From: a virus | DNA: 64,000 nucleotides | IMG/VR virus record: IMGVR_UViG_3300047157_000243 | Coordinates: 11,016 to 75,015 of that record | Direction: 5' to 3' (one strand) | In this document: positions 1 to 10,765 of the stretch, piece by piece | Layout: every line of letters starts with the position of its first letter | Position numbering within the stretch: the stretch's first letter is position 1 | The notes under the pieces: model-generated | What the model saw: the letters and a program-made list of their open reading frames with translations, nothing else | Databases searched by the model: none | Told to the model about the DNA's origin: nothing | Translations under genes and position numbers: made by a program

Positions 1-248
1 TTTGATTTTGTGGTTATAATTTTTAAAACATCAAAATCATCAGATTTAGAACTTTCAATAGTTGAATAGGGCCCAAATGAAAGTGTAGAGTCTAAAGTGG
101 TTTCTGTAAAATTGTCATTTGGTTTAGCATTGTCTATACGAAATGTGCCAAATGTAAATGCAGATTCTGCACTGGTTGCAGCGAATCTAGTGTCTCTACC
201 AGGGGCTGGTCTAATGTCTAAAGTTGTACCACTATCTATTGATGTCAT
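1..248 (-). CDS. Partial gene running off the window start, probable virion structural protein
   Basis: ATG at 248 (minus) opens a frame MTSIDSGTTLDIRPAPGRDTRF... to the window edge; putative late motif TATTTAT just upstream (265-271); divergent from the structural block. Confidence 0.55.
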   Translation of the reverse strand, partial: MTSIDSGTTLDIRPAPGRDTRFAATSAESAFTFGTFRIDNAKPNDNFTETTLDSTLSFGPYSTIESSKSDDFDVLKIITTKS

Positions 249-429
249 ATAAAATGCTTTAATTATAAATATTTAGTCAAAAAAACTTATAGAAATAATT
301 TATCTTTTTTTTTACTATAATATTTATTTCTAAGGAATGAAATATTTTTTAAAACTAAACAAATCAAAAGTTTACTTTAAAACTTTTAAAGTTATATTAT
401 AAAAAATTCCTAAAAAGAGTAAATAGAAA

Positions 430-2457
430 ATGGGATATATTTTAAATGAACCTAAAACTTTTATAAATGTCAAATTAACTGACGTTGGTAGAAGGCAGTT
501 GTCTTTGGGTAACTTGGTGTTTGCAAATGCAGTATTTTCAGACAGAGAGATTAATTATGGCATTGACAGAAATGATAAATATAGTATTGCAAATAATAGA
601 GTACTATCTCCGCTAGACACGAATCCAACTTTTACCGTTAACTTTGACGGCACCTTACCGCTTCCGCTAGAGGGAAATCAAGTAACTTCGGCAAAACAAT
701 TTGCAACAGGAGCTACCAGTAGTTATGGAATGTTTACAGGCACTACTATTTCTAGCGCATCTACTGCAATAGACACAACGAAATTGTTAGGGTCTAACAC
801 CATTACTTATAGTTCATCTCCATTAAGTGGAGGTTCTACGGTTATTTTAGATAGTGCAACACACTACCCAAACGCAGGAGAATTAGTTTTTATTCCATGG
901 AAACCAATACAAAACAGTGGAGCAACATACGCAGCAAACATAGTTCCTTCAGGAAGTCCAACAGTTTCACTTTGGTATAGAGTTACTACTGCCGACAGCC
1001 CAGGCACAGGAGAAATAACACTAGATAGACCAACTCCTGATTTTGGAGGGGAGTCTACTTCTCAAGTTGTTGATACTTATTTTTATCCTTATGATGGAAT
1101 AGAAAGTTATTACGGTACAGCATCCACAGTTAATCCTATGTTGTGGAATATGAATATAGTTAGAACTCAATCGGTAGAAGGGACATCACTAAGTGTAAGT
1201 GGTTATACTTCTTATGGTTCTATAGAATATAATGGAACTAAACAATATCTTGGATTTACAGAAGGTGTAGAATCTATAGGAATTTTACATTACACTAACG
1301 AATTTACTGGCAACACTTATGCTGAACAACTTCTTGAGTCTACAGTAAAAGTTGATTTGCCATACGTCATGTGGCATGGAACTCAAGGTACAAATGGTCA
1401 AGTTTCTAATTATGGCTTATCACTATATGATGCGGACGGAAGGACTCAATCTGATATAATTTCAAATTCAACTTACAGACTTTTAAAAGATGGAGTTACA
1501 GATACTAGCAGAACTTTGGGTAGAGTTTATCATAAGTTAAAAATTATAGTAATAACAGACCAAGAATTATTGACTGCATTAACTTATAAGTCAAATAGAA
1601 ATTATACTTTACCACCATTAAACTTATCTACATCAAGTGTCCCAAAATACCCATTAACATCAGTGGAGGCTACAGGACTTGTGAAGTCTGGAAAAACTTA
1701 TTTTGTTACATATGTAACAGAAAGCGAAACTAGCTACATTTCTGGGACAACTTTCGGATACCCAAAAACTTTGCATTGTGGATATGTTCAAAAGTTAATT
1801 GGCGGTTTGGACGCCGATGGTAATAAACCATTTTTATCTGGAAACTTCACTACAAGCTCATTTCCTTATTTGAGAAATAGTCTAGACATGACAAGTTTGT
1901 CTGGAACTGGATGGAGTGCAAATAAGGTTCAATTATTAATTTCGGAACAAGATGATACGACTGGAACTCTTGAAATTCAAGATGTTCCCTCTTATGAATG
2001 GAAATTAATATCTAACGGATATGGTAATGGAATATATTCAGGAGAAACTTCTGACACATCAATAGATGCGAGACGTTTAAATGGATATCAATTTATTGTT
2101 TCACAAGAAGATTATGACAGTGGAACAACATATACTTTAGATAGTTTGTTTACTGAAAACAATGACCACTCTTTAACTGGATTAACTTTTGGAGATGAAT
2201 CTTTTGTTTTTGGAAATGTTAAATCAGACGTATTAGCTACGACATATAAAACGGTAATAACAACATTTGCAAAAAATGATTCATTAAATACTTCAACAAA
2301 CTTTTCTTTTGACAATACATTAGATAGCACTACATACATAACAGAAGTGGGAATATTAGATGGAGAATCAAACTTGGTAGCAGTAGGAAAGCCAACTTAT
2401 CCAATAACAAAAAATGAAGGAAGATTTTTAACCTTTCAATTACAAATAGACTTTTAA
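430..2457 (+). CDS. Virion tail/baseplate-type structural protein
   Basis: 675 aa, S/T/G-rich; N-term VKLTDVGRRQL and C-term YITEVGILD..LVAVGK..PI.K resemble the tail-collar/fibre-attachment module. Confidence 0.65.
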   Translation: MGYILNEPKTFINVKLTDVGRRQLSLGNLVFANAVFSDREINYGIDRNDKYSIANNRVLSPLDTNPTFTVNFDGTLPLPLEGNQVTSAKQFATGATSSYGMFTGTTISSASTAIDTTKLLGSNTITYSSSPLSGGSTVILDSATHYPNAGELVFIPWKPIQNSGATYAANIVPSGSPTVSLWYRVTTADSPGTGEITLDRPTPDFGGESTSQVVDTYFYPYDGIESYYGTASTVNPMLWNMNIVRTQSVEGTSLSVSGYTSYGSIEYNGTKQYLGFTEGVESIGILHYTNEFTGNTYAEQLLESTVKVDLPYVMWHGTQGTNGQVSNYGLSLYDADGRTQSDIISNSTYRLLKDGVTDTSRTLGRVYHKLKIIVITDQELLTALTYKSNRNYTLPPLNLSTSSVPKYPLTSVEATGLVKSGKTYFVTYVTESETSYISGTTFGYPKTLHCGYVQKLIGGLDADGNKPFLSGNFTTSSFPYLRNSLDMTSLSGTGWSANKVQLLISEQDDTTGTLEIQDVPSYEWKLISNGYGNGIYSGETSDTSIDARRLNGYQFIVSQEDYDSGTTYTLDSLFTENNDHSLTGLTFGDESFVFGNVKSDVLATTYKTVITTFAKNDSLNTSTNFSFDNTLDSTTYITEVGILDGESNLVAVGKPTYPITKNEGRFLTFQLQIDF

Positions 2458-2474
2458 AAAATAAAAAATATAAC

Positions 2475-3170
2475 ATGGGAGCAATAACATCAGCAGATAC
2501 AATTTATGCAACAGCATATCTAACAGAGATTGGAAGGCAGTACTTATTTCAAGATAGCAATCACCCTAGGTTTGTAGAACTTAGCGATGGAACTAGAATA
2601 GATAGGTTAAAAATAGAAAGGTTTTCTCTAGGAGACCCAGACGTTAACTATAGGTTACCAAATCTGCCAACATCGGGAAATATACCAGATTTATCTGGTG
2701 AAAATGAAAATAATATTACAGGAGCTAAAGGTAGAACTTTAAATAATTTAATATCTCCTTTTGAATCTGCCTTAGGAGATGGAGATGATTCTTTGGAATA
2801 TACCACAAGTCAAGGAGATATAGAGATAGATTTAAATAAAGATTTAGATAAGATACCAACCGTATATACTCAAGAGTTATTAACCTTATTGGACGAAGAG
2901 CCAACTTTAGAGTCTACATATGACTTATTACCAAAGAATTTTGGTGAAAATCAAGTAAAAGACGGAGAGTTAGTTATTACTCTGAGAATGGCAACAACTA
3001 ACAACCCTGGGTATAGGATTAGAATATTATATCCTACAATTGAAGACGATAACAACATATGTACTATTCAATTTGAAACTGCAAATATGTTACAAACAAC
3101 TAAAAAAGAATATGACAAAATATCGTCAAAGATATCACCTGATGCATTCGGTAAAACTAGTTTAGGATAA
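2475..3170 (+). CDS. Virion tail/baseplate-type structural protein
   Basis: AYLTEIGRQYL ... FSLGDPDVNY, paralogous to the N-terminus of 430..2457. Confidence 0.6.
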   Translation: MGAITSADTIYATAYLTEIGRQYLFQDSNHPRFVELSDGTRIDRLKIERFSLGDPDVNYRLPNLPTSGNIPDLSGENENNITGAKGRTLNNLISPFESALGDGDDSLEYTTSQGDIEIDLNKDLDKIPTVYTQELLTLLDEEPTLESTYDLLPKNFGENQVKDGELVITLRMATTNNPGYRIRILYPTIEDDNNICTIQFETANMLQTTKKEYDKISSKISPDAFGKTSLG

Positions 3171-3210
3171 GCCCAGGCTTATCTACTCAATAAAAATTAA
3201 AATTAAAATT

Positions 3211-3624
3211 ATGACTAATAAAAATATAAAACCAGCTAGAAAATTAGCAAAAAACTATAGTAAAACTCCACTTACAAGAAGATTAGGGCCAATAGTTAGA
3301 GACAAGTCTCCAATTCAACAGGTTGTCGATGAAGGTAGTGAAGAAGTTTCTTATAACGATTGGCAAGTTATGGATAACATGGATGAGGGGATGAGACAAG
3401 CTTTAATTAGGTGGATAGACACAACTAAAGAAGGCAAACAAGTTCTAAACCCAACAGGTTCAACAAGAACTAAAACTATAAATTTTCAATTTTATGGAAA
3501 TCCTTCTAAGGACATTATTGGAGCTGCTGGCGACATTGGTGAGTTTAAATTAGAATTTAAATATACAAAGAAAATTATACAACCTTTAGCTATTGATGGT
3601 TCAAATACCATTATAGCCAGATAA
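3211..3624 (+). CDS. Hypothetical protein in structural operon
   Basis: 137 aa ORF between structural genes. Confidence 0.5.
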   Translation: MTNKNIKPARKLAKNYSKTPLTRRLGPIVRDKSPIQQVVDEGSEEVSYNDWQVMDNMDEGMRQALIRWIDTTKEGKQVLNPTGSTRTKTINFQFYGNPSKDIIGAAGDIGEFKLEFKYTKKIIQPLAIDGSNTIIAR

Positions 3625-3644
3625 ATAAAATAAAATAAAATAAA

Positions 3645-4799
3645 ATGATTGCAGATTCAAGATTTACTAAAAAAGTAGATTCATATGTAGCCCTTCAAAG
3701 AGAAAGTTCAACAATAAAAAGTCTTTCAGAAGAGACTTTGAAGTTTACTCTTTGCGATAGAGACAATTTGGCTGATAATAAAGGAAACTATTTTATGTCT
3801 TTTAATTTACCGTTTAAAACAAGCCAATTCCCTACAACAAGTAGAGTTTCTGAAGTTTTTCCCGAATTACAACAGTTAAATGTAGACCAGATTATAATAA
3901 CTCCAATATCAGCAAATGATTATAGTGAGTTTATAGACGGAAGAACAGTTAATATGACAGTACCAGTTTCGGGAAGTTCAAACCCTACACTATTATCAGG
4001 TGTGACTCTAGTTTCAAGTACTTATACAGCTGTAAAACCTTTAAAGTATGAGTCAAATGTATTGCTTGGTGATAACATTGTTTTTCTATTTTCAGACGAC
4101 ATAAATAAGCCTTATAGCGGAAAGACAAGAAATGAATTGGGAGACGGAATAGACAATTCAAACGTTACTTCTTGGGACCCAACAGGAGAATATAAAGATA
4201 GAGCAGGAGCAACGTCATATTCAGAGGTGAGAGATTTTTATGATACAGACCAAAGAACTGATGCTAGTTACGCTGTTTCAGTCGCACCAGGATACCCAGA
4301 AAATAGAGATGGCTATAATTATGATGTGCCTTGTGGGTTTGCGGTTTTGGATAAGGGTTACGTGGTAATTACTCATCCTCAAATTGTAAACAATTTCCCA
4401 TGGACATCTGGTTTTACAGAATCTGGAGCCGCTTATGTTGATGATTTCAATGTCACGAGTAAAACTGACATTCATTTTACGGGTAGTAGTTTTGCAGACA
4501 TTTCTGCAGAAGGAGCTATTCTTTCGTATAAAGATATAGACACGTCTTTTAAAATGACATCAGTTTGCATAGCAATGCCACAAGAGTTTTATATATCAAA
4601 CAATCCTACTTGGGACAAAGAGAAGGCTATTGCGCAAATGAACGAAGAGACTCAAATTGTTAATTATGATGATATATACATAACTGAAATCGGTCTGTAT
4701 AATAGTTTAGGAGAATTAATAGCGGTAGCCAAAATGAGTGAACCCATTAAAAAAACATATGTAAATGCCCTTACTTTTGAAATTAACCTAGAAATGTAA
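3645..4799 (+). CDS. Virion tail/baseplate-type structural protein
   Basis: C-term IYITEIGLYNSLGELIAVAKMSEPIKK, same module as the C-terminus of 430..2457. Confidence 0.65.
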   Translation: MIADSRFTKKVDSYVALQRESSTIKSLSEETLKFTLCDRDNLADNKGNYFMSFNLPFKTSQFPTTSRVSEVFPELQQLNVDQIIITPISANDYSEFIDGRTVNMTVPVSGSSNPTLLSGVTLVSSTYTAVKPLKYESNVLLGDNIVFLFSDDINKPYSGKTRNELGDGIDNSNVTSWDPTGEYKDRAGATSYSEVRDFYDTDQRTDASYAVSVAPGYPENRDGYNYDVPCGFAVLDKGYVVITHPQIVNNFPWTSGFTESGAAYVDDFNVTSKTDIHFTGSSFADISAEGAILSYKDIDTSFKMTSVCIAMPQEFYISNNPTWDKEKAIAQMNEETQIVNYDDIYITEIGLYNSLGELIAVAKMSEPIKKTYVNALTFEINLEM

Positions 4800-4915
4800 A
4801 GCATAAACAAATAAGTTCTTAAAGTGAACATCAATATTTTTTTATATTTGCCCTAACAAAAAAGAAACTCTAGTACCACGAATGCCAGAGTTTCTACACT
4901 AATCGACAAAAAATC

Positions 4916-4942
4916 AGCTCTCATATCTTTGAGAGCTTTTTT
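4916..4942 (+). terminator. Intrinsic terminator
   Basis: AGCTCTCA-6nt-TGAGAGCT followed by a T-run after the structural operon. Confidence 0.7.
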
Positions 4943-4983
4943 ATTTACTTTTTTTTAAAAAACATAATTTAGTTAAAAAAAAT

Positions 4984-5565
4984 ATGACTTTAGGACTAGA
5001 TATTTCAACAACTGTAATAGGTATAGCACTTTTTGATTCAAACGATAAGCTTTGTAATTTAGAGTACATAAAATTTAAACCAAAAACAAATTTATTTCAA
5101 AGGCTAGACGATTTCGTTGAGCACTTTGAAAAGTTGAGTTCAGCCATCAATTTAGACAAGGGAAAGAATAAGTTAAAACACATATCAATAGAAGAGCCTT
5201 TAAAAGCATTTAAAGGTAAATTTTCTAATGCAGAGACCATACAGAAGCTTACAACCATGAATGCTTTTGTTAGTATTTATGTTTACCAAAAATTTAAGAT
5301 AGAGCCAAGGTATTATAATGTTCAAACTGCAAGAAAGACGGCTTTCCCAAACTTAACCATTCCTAAAGGTGCCCCCAATAAAAAGTATTTAATTTGGGAA
5401 AAGGTTGTAGAGAAAGAGCCTCAAATAAATTGGGTTTATTCTAAAAAAACACATAAACTTAGAGATGAAAACTTTGACATGTCTGATGCTTATGTTGTTG
5501 GTTATGCAGATATTATTACCCGACAAATAACTCAAAAAAATATACTAAAAGAAACAGGTTCATAA
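4984..5565 (+). CDS. RuvC-like Holliday junction resolvase
   Basis: RNase H-fold acidic motifs LGLDIST, SIEEP, DMSDA. Confidence 0.8.
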   Translation: MTLGLDISTTVIGIALFDSNDKLCNLEYIKFKPKTNLFQRLDDFVEHFEKLSSAINLDKGKNKLKHISIEEPLKAFKGKFSNAETIQKLTTMNAFVSIYVYQKFKIEPRYYNVQTARKTAFPNLTIPKGAPNKKYLIWEKVVEKEPQINWVYSKKTHKLRDENFDMSDAYVVGYADIITRQITQKNILKETGS

Positions 5566-5618
5566 AATTGTTTAAAAACTCTTTTTAGTTTATATTTGTT
5601 TATTATAAAAAATCTTTA

Positions 5619-6674
5619 GTGGAAAATAATAAACAAATCATAATATCTATACTTGAAAAAATATTTGGCTCACCTAAAAAAAGTGGTGACATAAAAGAGT
5701 ATGAATTCAACTGCAAAAGTAGGGTTTGCAGAAATGATGAAAACAAATTTAATCTCGCTTATAATTCTCAAAATAATATTTATCATTGTTGGAAATGTAA
5801 ATACAAAGGACACATACATAAGTTGGTTTCGGACTATGGAAATAATGATGATTTAAATAGAATATCTTTGGTTCTTCCCAAAACAAAACCTTTTAAAAAA
5901 GAAAAAAAATCAGAAGAATATAGTGACATGATTACCTGTTCGCTACCAGAAGGGTTTAAGTATATGTCTAAAAAAAGTAATTCAAAGTATTACAAGGCAG
6001 CAGCAAGGTATATGTTGTCTACAAGGGGTTGGAGTTGGGATAAAATTAAAAAACATAATTTAGGGTATACCGAAAATAAAGGAAACAGAAAATATAGAAT
6101 CATATTCCCCTCTTATAATGAGTATGGTCAAGTCAATTATTATGTAGGAAGAACTTATTATGACGTTGTTAAGCCCAATTATATGGGGCCTCCAAAAGAG
6201 GAAGTTGCTAGGACTGAAATTATATTTAATGTTAAAAGTGTAAATTTTGATATACCAGTTTTTTTAGTTGAAGGCGTTTTTGATGCTTCATGTATATATA
6301 ATTCAATACCTATGCTAGGCAAGGAACCAGCTAATGTAATTATAAAAAAGCTAGTAGAGCACAACACTAGAGTTGTTTTATGTTTGGACGAGGACGCATT
6401 ATATGATAGCATAGAAATATACAACAAACTAAGCTCTTATGGTTTAGATGTTTATTTTGTAGAAATACCAGATGATATAGATGAATTCAATAAAGCAAAC
6501 GGAAAACAAGCTACAATTGAACTTTTGAAAACTTGTAGAAAGTTAGATTTTCAATATATGTTTAAAAAGTTTGCACTTAATGAAAGTGTTAAAAAGAAGG
6601 ATGTTATAGATGAGAAAAGTTTAAAAAATGAGTGGGAAAAAATGAAATCAGAAATACTAAAAGACCAAAAATGA
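5619..6674 (+). CDS. DNA primase (Zn-binding + TOPRIM)
   Basis: C..C/HCWKC Zn domain; RIIFP, LVEGVFDA, LCLDEDA TOPRIM motifs. Confidence 0.85.
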   Translation: MENNKQIIISILEKIFGSPKKSGDIKEYEFNCKSRVCRNDENKFNLAYNSQNNIYHCWKCKYKGHIHKLVSDYGNNDDLNRISLVLPKTKPFKKEKKSEEYSDMITCSLPEGFKYMSKKSNSKYYKAAARYMLSTRGWSWDKIKKHNLGYTENKGNRKYRIIFPSYNEYGQVNYYVGRTYYDVVKPNYMGPPKEEVARTEIIFNVKSVNFDIPVFLVEGVFDASCIYNSIPMLGKEPANVIIKKLVEHNTRVVLCLDEDALYDSIEIYNKLSSYGLDVYFVEIPDDIDEFNKANGKQATIELLKTCRKLDFQYMFKKFALNESVKKKDVIDEKSLKNEWEKMKSEILKDQK

Positions 6675-7399
6675 GTAAATCTAAAGATAAAAATTCAATA
6701 GCACATTTATCTGATATTCATATTAGATACGGAAGTAGACACAAAGAGTATAAAGATGTTTTTCAAAGAACTATAGATGATTTAATTGAAAAGTGTCCTA
6801 AAAGAATCGCTATAACGGGAGATTTGTTTCATATTAAAATAAATCTATCCCCTAATGCTTTGGAGTTAGCGGGGTGGTTTTTAAAAGAGTTGTCTAAAAT
6901 AGCACCAGTTGATTTAATTTTGGGAAATCACGATTTGAATCTACAGTCTCTAGAGCAAGGAAATTCAATCGAACCAATAATAAAATTGATTAGCGATGGT
7001 TATATAATTGAAAAAGGTGCAAAGAAACTGCCAAGTCATAATGGTGATGGAAATGGAATATTCTTTTTTTTACATAGTGGTTTTTATAATATAAATGATG
7101 ATATAGTTTATGGTATATACTCTTGCTTGGATAATGAAATTTTAACGCTTAAAACAAAGGATAAAAAAAAAACATACATTGCAATGTACCACGGCCCAGT
7201 ATATGGCTCTAGAGGTAATAATGGATATGAATTACACGATAGTGAATATATGATGAAGCTTAGTACTTTTAATAATTTTGACATTGTTATGTTGGGAGAT
7301 ATACATGAGCATCAAGCATTTTCTTTAAAGGCATCAGCAACAGAAAATGTCGCATACCCAGGCTCACTTATACAGCAAGATTATGGAGAAAACTATTGA
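6671..7399 (+). CDS. Mre11/SbcD-like metallophosphoesterase nuclease; N-terminal part of a frameshifted Mre11-Rad50 fusion
   Basis: SDIH, GDLFH, GNHD, MYHG, GDIH, YPGSL motifs; domain continues in the next frame (TIDKGYIVWDL). Confidence 0.85.
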   Translation: MSKSKDKNSIAHLSDIHIRYGSRHKEYKDVFQRTIDDLIEKCPKRIAITGDLFHIKINLSPNALELAGWFLKELSKIAPVDLILGNHDLNLQSLEQGNSIEPIIKLISDGYIIEKGAKKLPSHNGDGNGIFFFLHSGFYNINDDIVYGIYSCLDNEILTLKTKDKKKTYIAMYHGPVYGSRGNNGYELHDSEYMMKLSTFNNFDIVMLGDIHEHQAFSLKASATENVAYPGSLIQQDYGENY

Positions 7400-10172
7400 C
7401 AAAGGTTATATTGTTTGGGATTTAAAAAGCAAAAGTTTTTCTAGAAAATTTATACCTAATGATTTTGGTTTTTCAAGTCTTCACATCTCTAAAGGTGAAT
7501 TATTTGAAGATAGGATAGAAGATTTAAAACTTTCTCACAATCCTAAAAAAACAAAAGTTTCTGTTACTTGGGAAACGTTTCAAGAAGATTACTCTGTAGA
7601 AAAAGAGAAGCAGATAGAAAGGTTGATAAAAAATAGGTATGGATGCGAGGTGATAAACGTTAATTGTAAGCACATAAGTAAGGAAGGCGAGATAGATGAC
7701 ATTAACATTGATGAAGATAAAGATTACTCAAAAATAGAAGAATTTGAGACTTTGTTGAAGAATTTTGTTGACAACAGCGAATATGATAACGAGGAAGAGG
7801 TTTTAAATTTATCCAGAAAAATAGATGAAGAATTAAACCATTCTTCCGAAAAGGGAAAAAAGTGGTTTTTAAATAGTTTAGAAGTTTGGAATTTATTCGG
7901 ATTTCCAGAAAGTAAAACAACTTTTAATTTCAACGAACTTTCTGGAGTTACTGGTATTTTTGGGAAAAACTTTAGCGGAAAAACCAATATCATTAGAGCT
8001 TTTGTTTGGATTGCTTATAGAAAAATGTTAGGAGGAGGAGAGGCCTACAGGTTGACAAATATGTACACAGAAAGCGACAAGGCTGGTGGTCGTATTTATT
8101 TAACTATTGATTCTCAAAAGTATTATATAGAAAGGACGGTTAAAGTTAGGACTAAAAAAGATGGAAGTCCTGACGTTTCTTATGGTGTTGAATACAAAAT
8201 TCTAAAAGAAAATTCTGAAGGCAAAAAGACTTGGGTTTCAATAGATTCAGATAAAGCAGCAACCGAGAAAACTGAAAGAAATAATATTATAGTAGAATCA
8301 ATAGGTACATTTGATGATTTCACCAAAACAGTACTACAAGCACAAGGAGGCGAAGGCAACTTTTTAGACATGAGCCAGCAGCCCAAAAATGATTTAATAA
8401 ATAAATATCTTGGCCTTGAAGTGTTTAGAGATAGATATGAGTATGCAAAACGAATTTTTAATGACATAAAATCGAAACAAAAGTTTTTAGGAAACTCAAA
8501 AGAACATCAGGAATCTATTAAAAAAGAAGACGACTTAATAGAAGAAAATAATGTTTTATTAAAGAAGTATCAAACTGAAAGGGTGGATACAGACAAGTTG
8601 GTTGAATCTCAAGAATACAAAATTAGAGACTTAACAAAATCTATAATAAAAGTAGAAAATACAAAATATTCTGATATAGAATCTGCTAAAAAATCAATTG
8701 ATAGCACAGTGGAGGCGTTGAATGAAAAGTTGGAACTAGAGTCAGAACTGACTAAATGGGTATCATCCAACTTCAAAAAAGAACTTCCAAAAGATTCTGC
8801 TTTAGGGCTTGTTAAAATTCAAGACAATCTCAAAACAGAAAGAAGTTTATTTGAATCAGAAAAAAAGGAATATACTTCTTTGAGTTCTTGGATTGATAAT
8901 AATCAATTACAAAAAGATGTAGATATTGAGCCTGTCAAACAAAAGGTTTTAAGTACTGAATCAGCCTTGTTGAAATTAAAAAATAAATTAGAAATATCTA
9001 AAGGAAAAAAATGTCCGACATGTGGAAATGTAGAGCAAAAACCAGATTTAAACCTAGAAAAACAGTGTAACAAAGATATTGAAAGAGGTGAGAAGTTTTT
9101 GTTAGAAAGGCAAGATGAAATTAAAAATGCCAACCAAATTAGTAAACATAACATATTTTTTGGAAAACAAGAAAATAAGTTAGGCTCTTTTAAAAACTCT
9201 CTAAAAGAGCGTAAAATTAAGATAGATAATTTGAAGAAAGATTTAGAATTGTCTCAAAAAATTGATGTAATTACCAAGCATAATGATTTAGTAGAATCTA
9301 AAAGTAGGTCTCTAGAAAAAGTAAAAGAAGATATTTTAATATTGAAAAAAACGATTGAAGATGTAGAAAAAGAAATTGACATACTAAAGTCTAATAAAGA
9401 ATCAATTGAAAAAAATAGTGAAATAAACACTCAAATAAAACTAAATGAAGATGAGAAAAAATCTTTGAAACTTATAATAAATCAATTAAATGAAAAAGTA
9501 ACTTCCATTAAATCTGATATAAAAGTTTCTACAAGCAACAAAGAGAATTTGAAAGACAAAATTGAAACAATTAAGAAAGCGGAGTCTTCATATAGCAAAT
9601 ATGCTATTTACCTACAGGCTGTTCATAGAGATGGTATACCTGCTAGGATAATAAGACAAAAACTGCCTATAATAAATTATAAAATTAACTCTATATTAAA
9701 AAATTTAGTTGACTTTAAAGTTGAAATGATTATAAAAAACAATGGAGATATAAAAGAATTCTTTTATTTTAATTCTTTGGAAAAAGATGCTTTGCCAATA
9801 AGCATGGCTTCAGGTGCACAAAAGTTTATAGGAAGTGTAGCAATAAGAGACTCTCTTCATTTTGTTAGCTCACTAACCAAACCATCTCTGTGTATAATAG
9901 ATGAAGGGTTTGGGGCTTTGGATGACGAATTGACTATAGCTATACAGTCTGTATTCTATTATTTAAAGGCTAAATATAAAAACACATGGATTATAACTCA
10001 TAAAAATGAAATTAAAGATTTTGTTGATAATATAATTCAAGTATCTAAAAACAAATCAACATTAACAGAAGAACAATTAAAAGAAAATCCTAGAGCTGGG
10101 GTATCTGTTTTCGATTTAAATAATAGACATCAAAACAAAAACAAAGATATTTCTAAGGAAGTTTCTTTTTAA
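7347..10172 (+). CDS. Rad50/SbcC-like ABC ATPase; C-terminal part of the fusion
   Basis: Walker A GKNFSGKT, coiled coils with CPTCG zinc hook, signature ASGAQ, Walker B IIDEGFG, H-loop IITH. Confidence 0.9.
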   Translation: MSHTQAHLYSKIMEKTIDKGYIVWDLKSKSFSRKFIPNDFGFSSLHISKGELFEDRIEDLKLSHNPKKTKVSVTWETFQEDYSVEKEKQIERLIKNRYGCEVINVNCKHISKEGEIDDINIDEDKDYSKIEEFETLLKNFVDNSEYDNEEEVLNLSRKIDEELNHSSEKGKKWFLNSLEVWNLFGFPESKTTFNFNELSGVTGIFGKNFSGKTNIIRAFVWIAYRKMLGGGEAYRLTNMYTESDKAGGRIYLTIDSQKYYIERTVKVRTKKDGSPDVSYGVEYKILKENSEGKKTWVSIDSDKAATEKTERNNIIVESIGTFDDFTKTVLQAQGGEGNFLDMSQQPKNDLINKYLGLEVFRDRYEYAKRIFNDIKSKQKFLGNSKEHQESIKKEDDLIEENNVLLKKYQTERVDTDKLVESQEYKIRDLTKSIIKVENTKYSDIESAKKSIDSTVEALNEKLELESELTKWVSSNFKKELPKDSALGLVKIQDNLKTERSLFESEKKEYTSLSSWIDNNQLQKDVDIEPVKQKVLSTESALLKLKNKLEISKGKKCPTCGNVEQKPDLNLEKQCNKDIERGEKFLLERQDEIKNANQISKHNIFFGKQENKLGSFKNSLKERKIKIDNLKKDLELSQKIDVITKHNDLVESKSRSLEKVKEDILILKKTIEDVEKEIDILKSNKESIEKNSEINTQIKLNEDEKKSLKLIINQLNEKVTSIKSDIKVSTSNKENLKDKIETIKKAESSYSKYAIYLQAVHRDGIPARIIRQKLPIINYKINSILKNLVDFKVEMIIKNNGDIKEFFYFNSLEKDALPISMASGAQKFIGSVAIRDSLHFVSSLTKPSLCIIDEGFGALDDELTIAIQSVFYYLKAKYKNTWIITHKNEIKDFVDNIIQVSKNKSTLTEEQLKENPRAGVSVFDLNNRHQNKNKDISKEVSF

Positions 10173-10765
10173 ATTCTAGTCTCTGGATTTTCGTATGGTT
10201 GCTCTAAATCCCTAGCGCCAGCTTCTTTAAACCTTCTTACTTTAGACCTTAATTCTCCTGCTTCCTTTTGTTTTTCTAAAAATTGTTTTTGATACTGCTG
10301 CGCTTTAGTCAGTTTAAAACTTACTTCAACAGTGCTCATCCCTCTGTCGTTTGGGTTGTATTTTTCTGGGTTGAAGTCAAAGAAGTCCCCAGTAAACCAC
10401 ATGCCTCTAATGTTGCTAGCCTTAAAAAGTCTCCAAACATTTTTAGCTTCTGCACTACGAACATTTATAGACTTAGATTCAGATTCTGATTGACCAACCT
10501 TATGAACGGCTCTTATAACACGATTCCCAGCTTTAGACATTCCCATAGCAACAGGATATATTAGCCTATACTTACCAGAAGGTGCTATCATATCATCTCC
10601 TTTATATAATATTCCAACTTCTCTTCCTTGAAGTATTGCTTGAGTCATCAAATCTACATTAAAAGGAATCCTAGTGTTGCTTGCAGTAAAATTATCTACA
10701 TTCTCTTTTATAGCTATACCAGCTAGTTTCTGAGCTCTTTTTATATAAGATTCAGATAAAATCAT
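10169..10765 (-). CDS. WYL-like domain protein with N-terminal SESY..R..KLAGI tag
   Basis: ILYKG...RLIYPVAMG.SKAGN.VIRA...WRLFK pattern of phage WYL-like proteins. Confidence 0.55.
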   Translation of the reverse strand: MILSESYIKRAQKLAGIAIKENVDNFTASNTRIPFNVDLMTQAILQGREVGILYKGDDMIAPSGKYRLIYPVAMGMSKAGNRVIRAVHKVGQSESESKSINVRSAEAKNVWRLFKASNIRGMWFTGDFFDFNPEKYNPNDRGMSTVEVSFKLTKAQQYQKQFLEKQKEAGELRSKVRRFKEAGARDLEQPYENPETRI

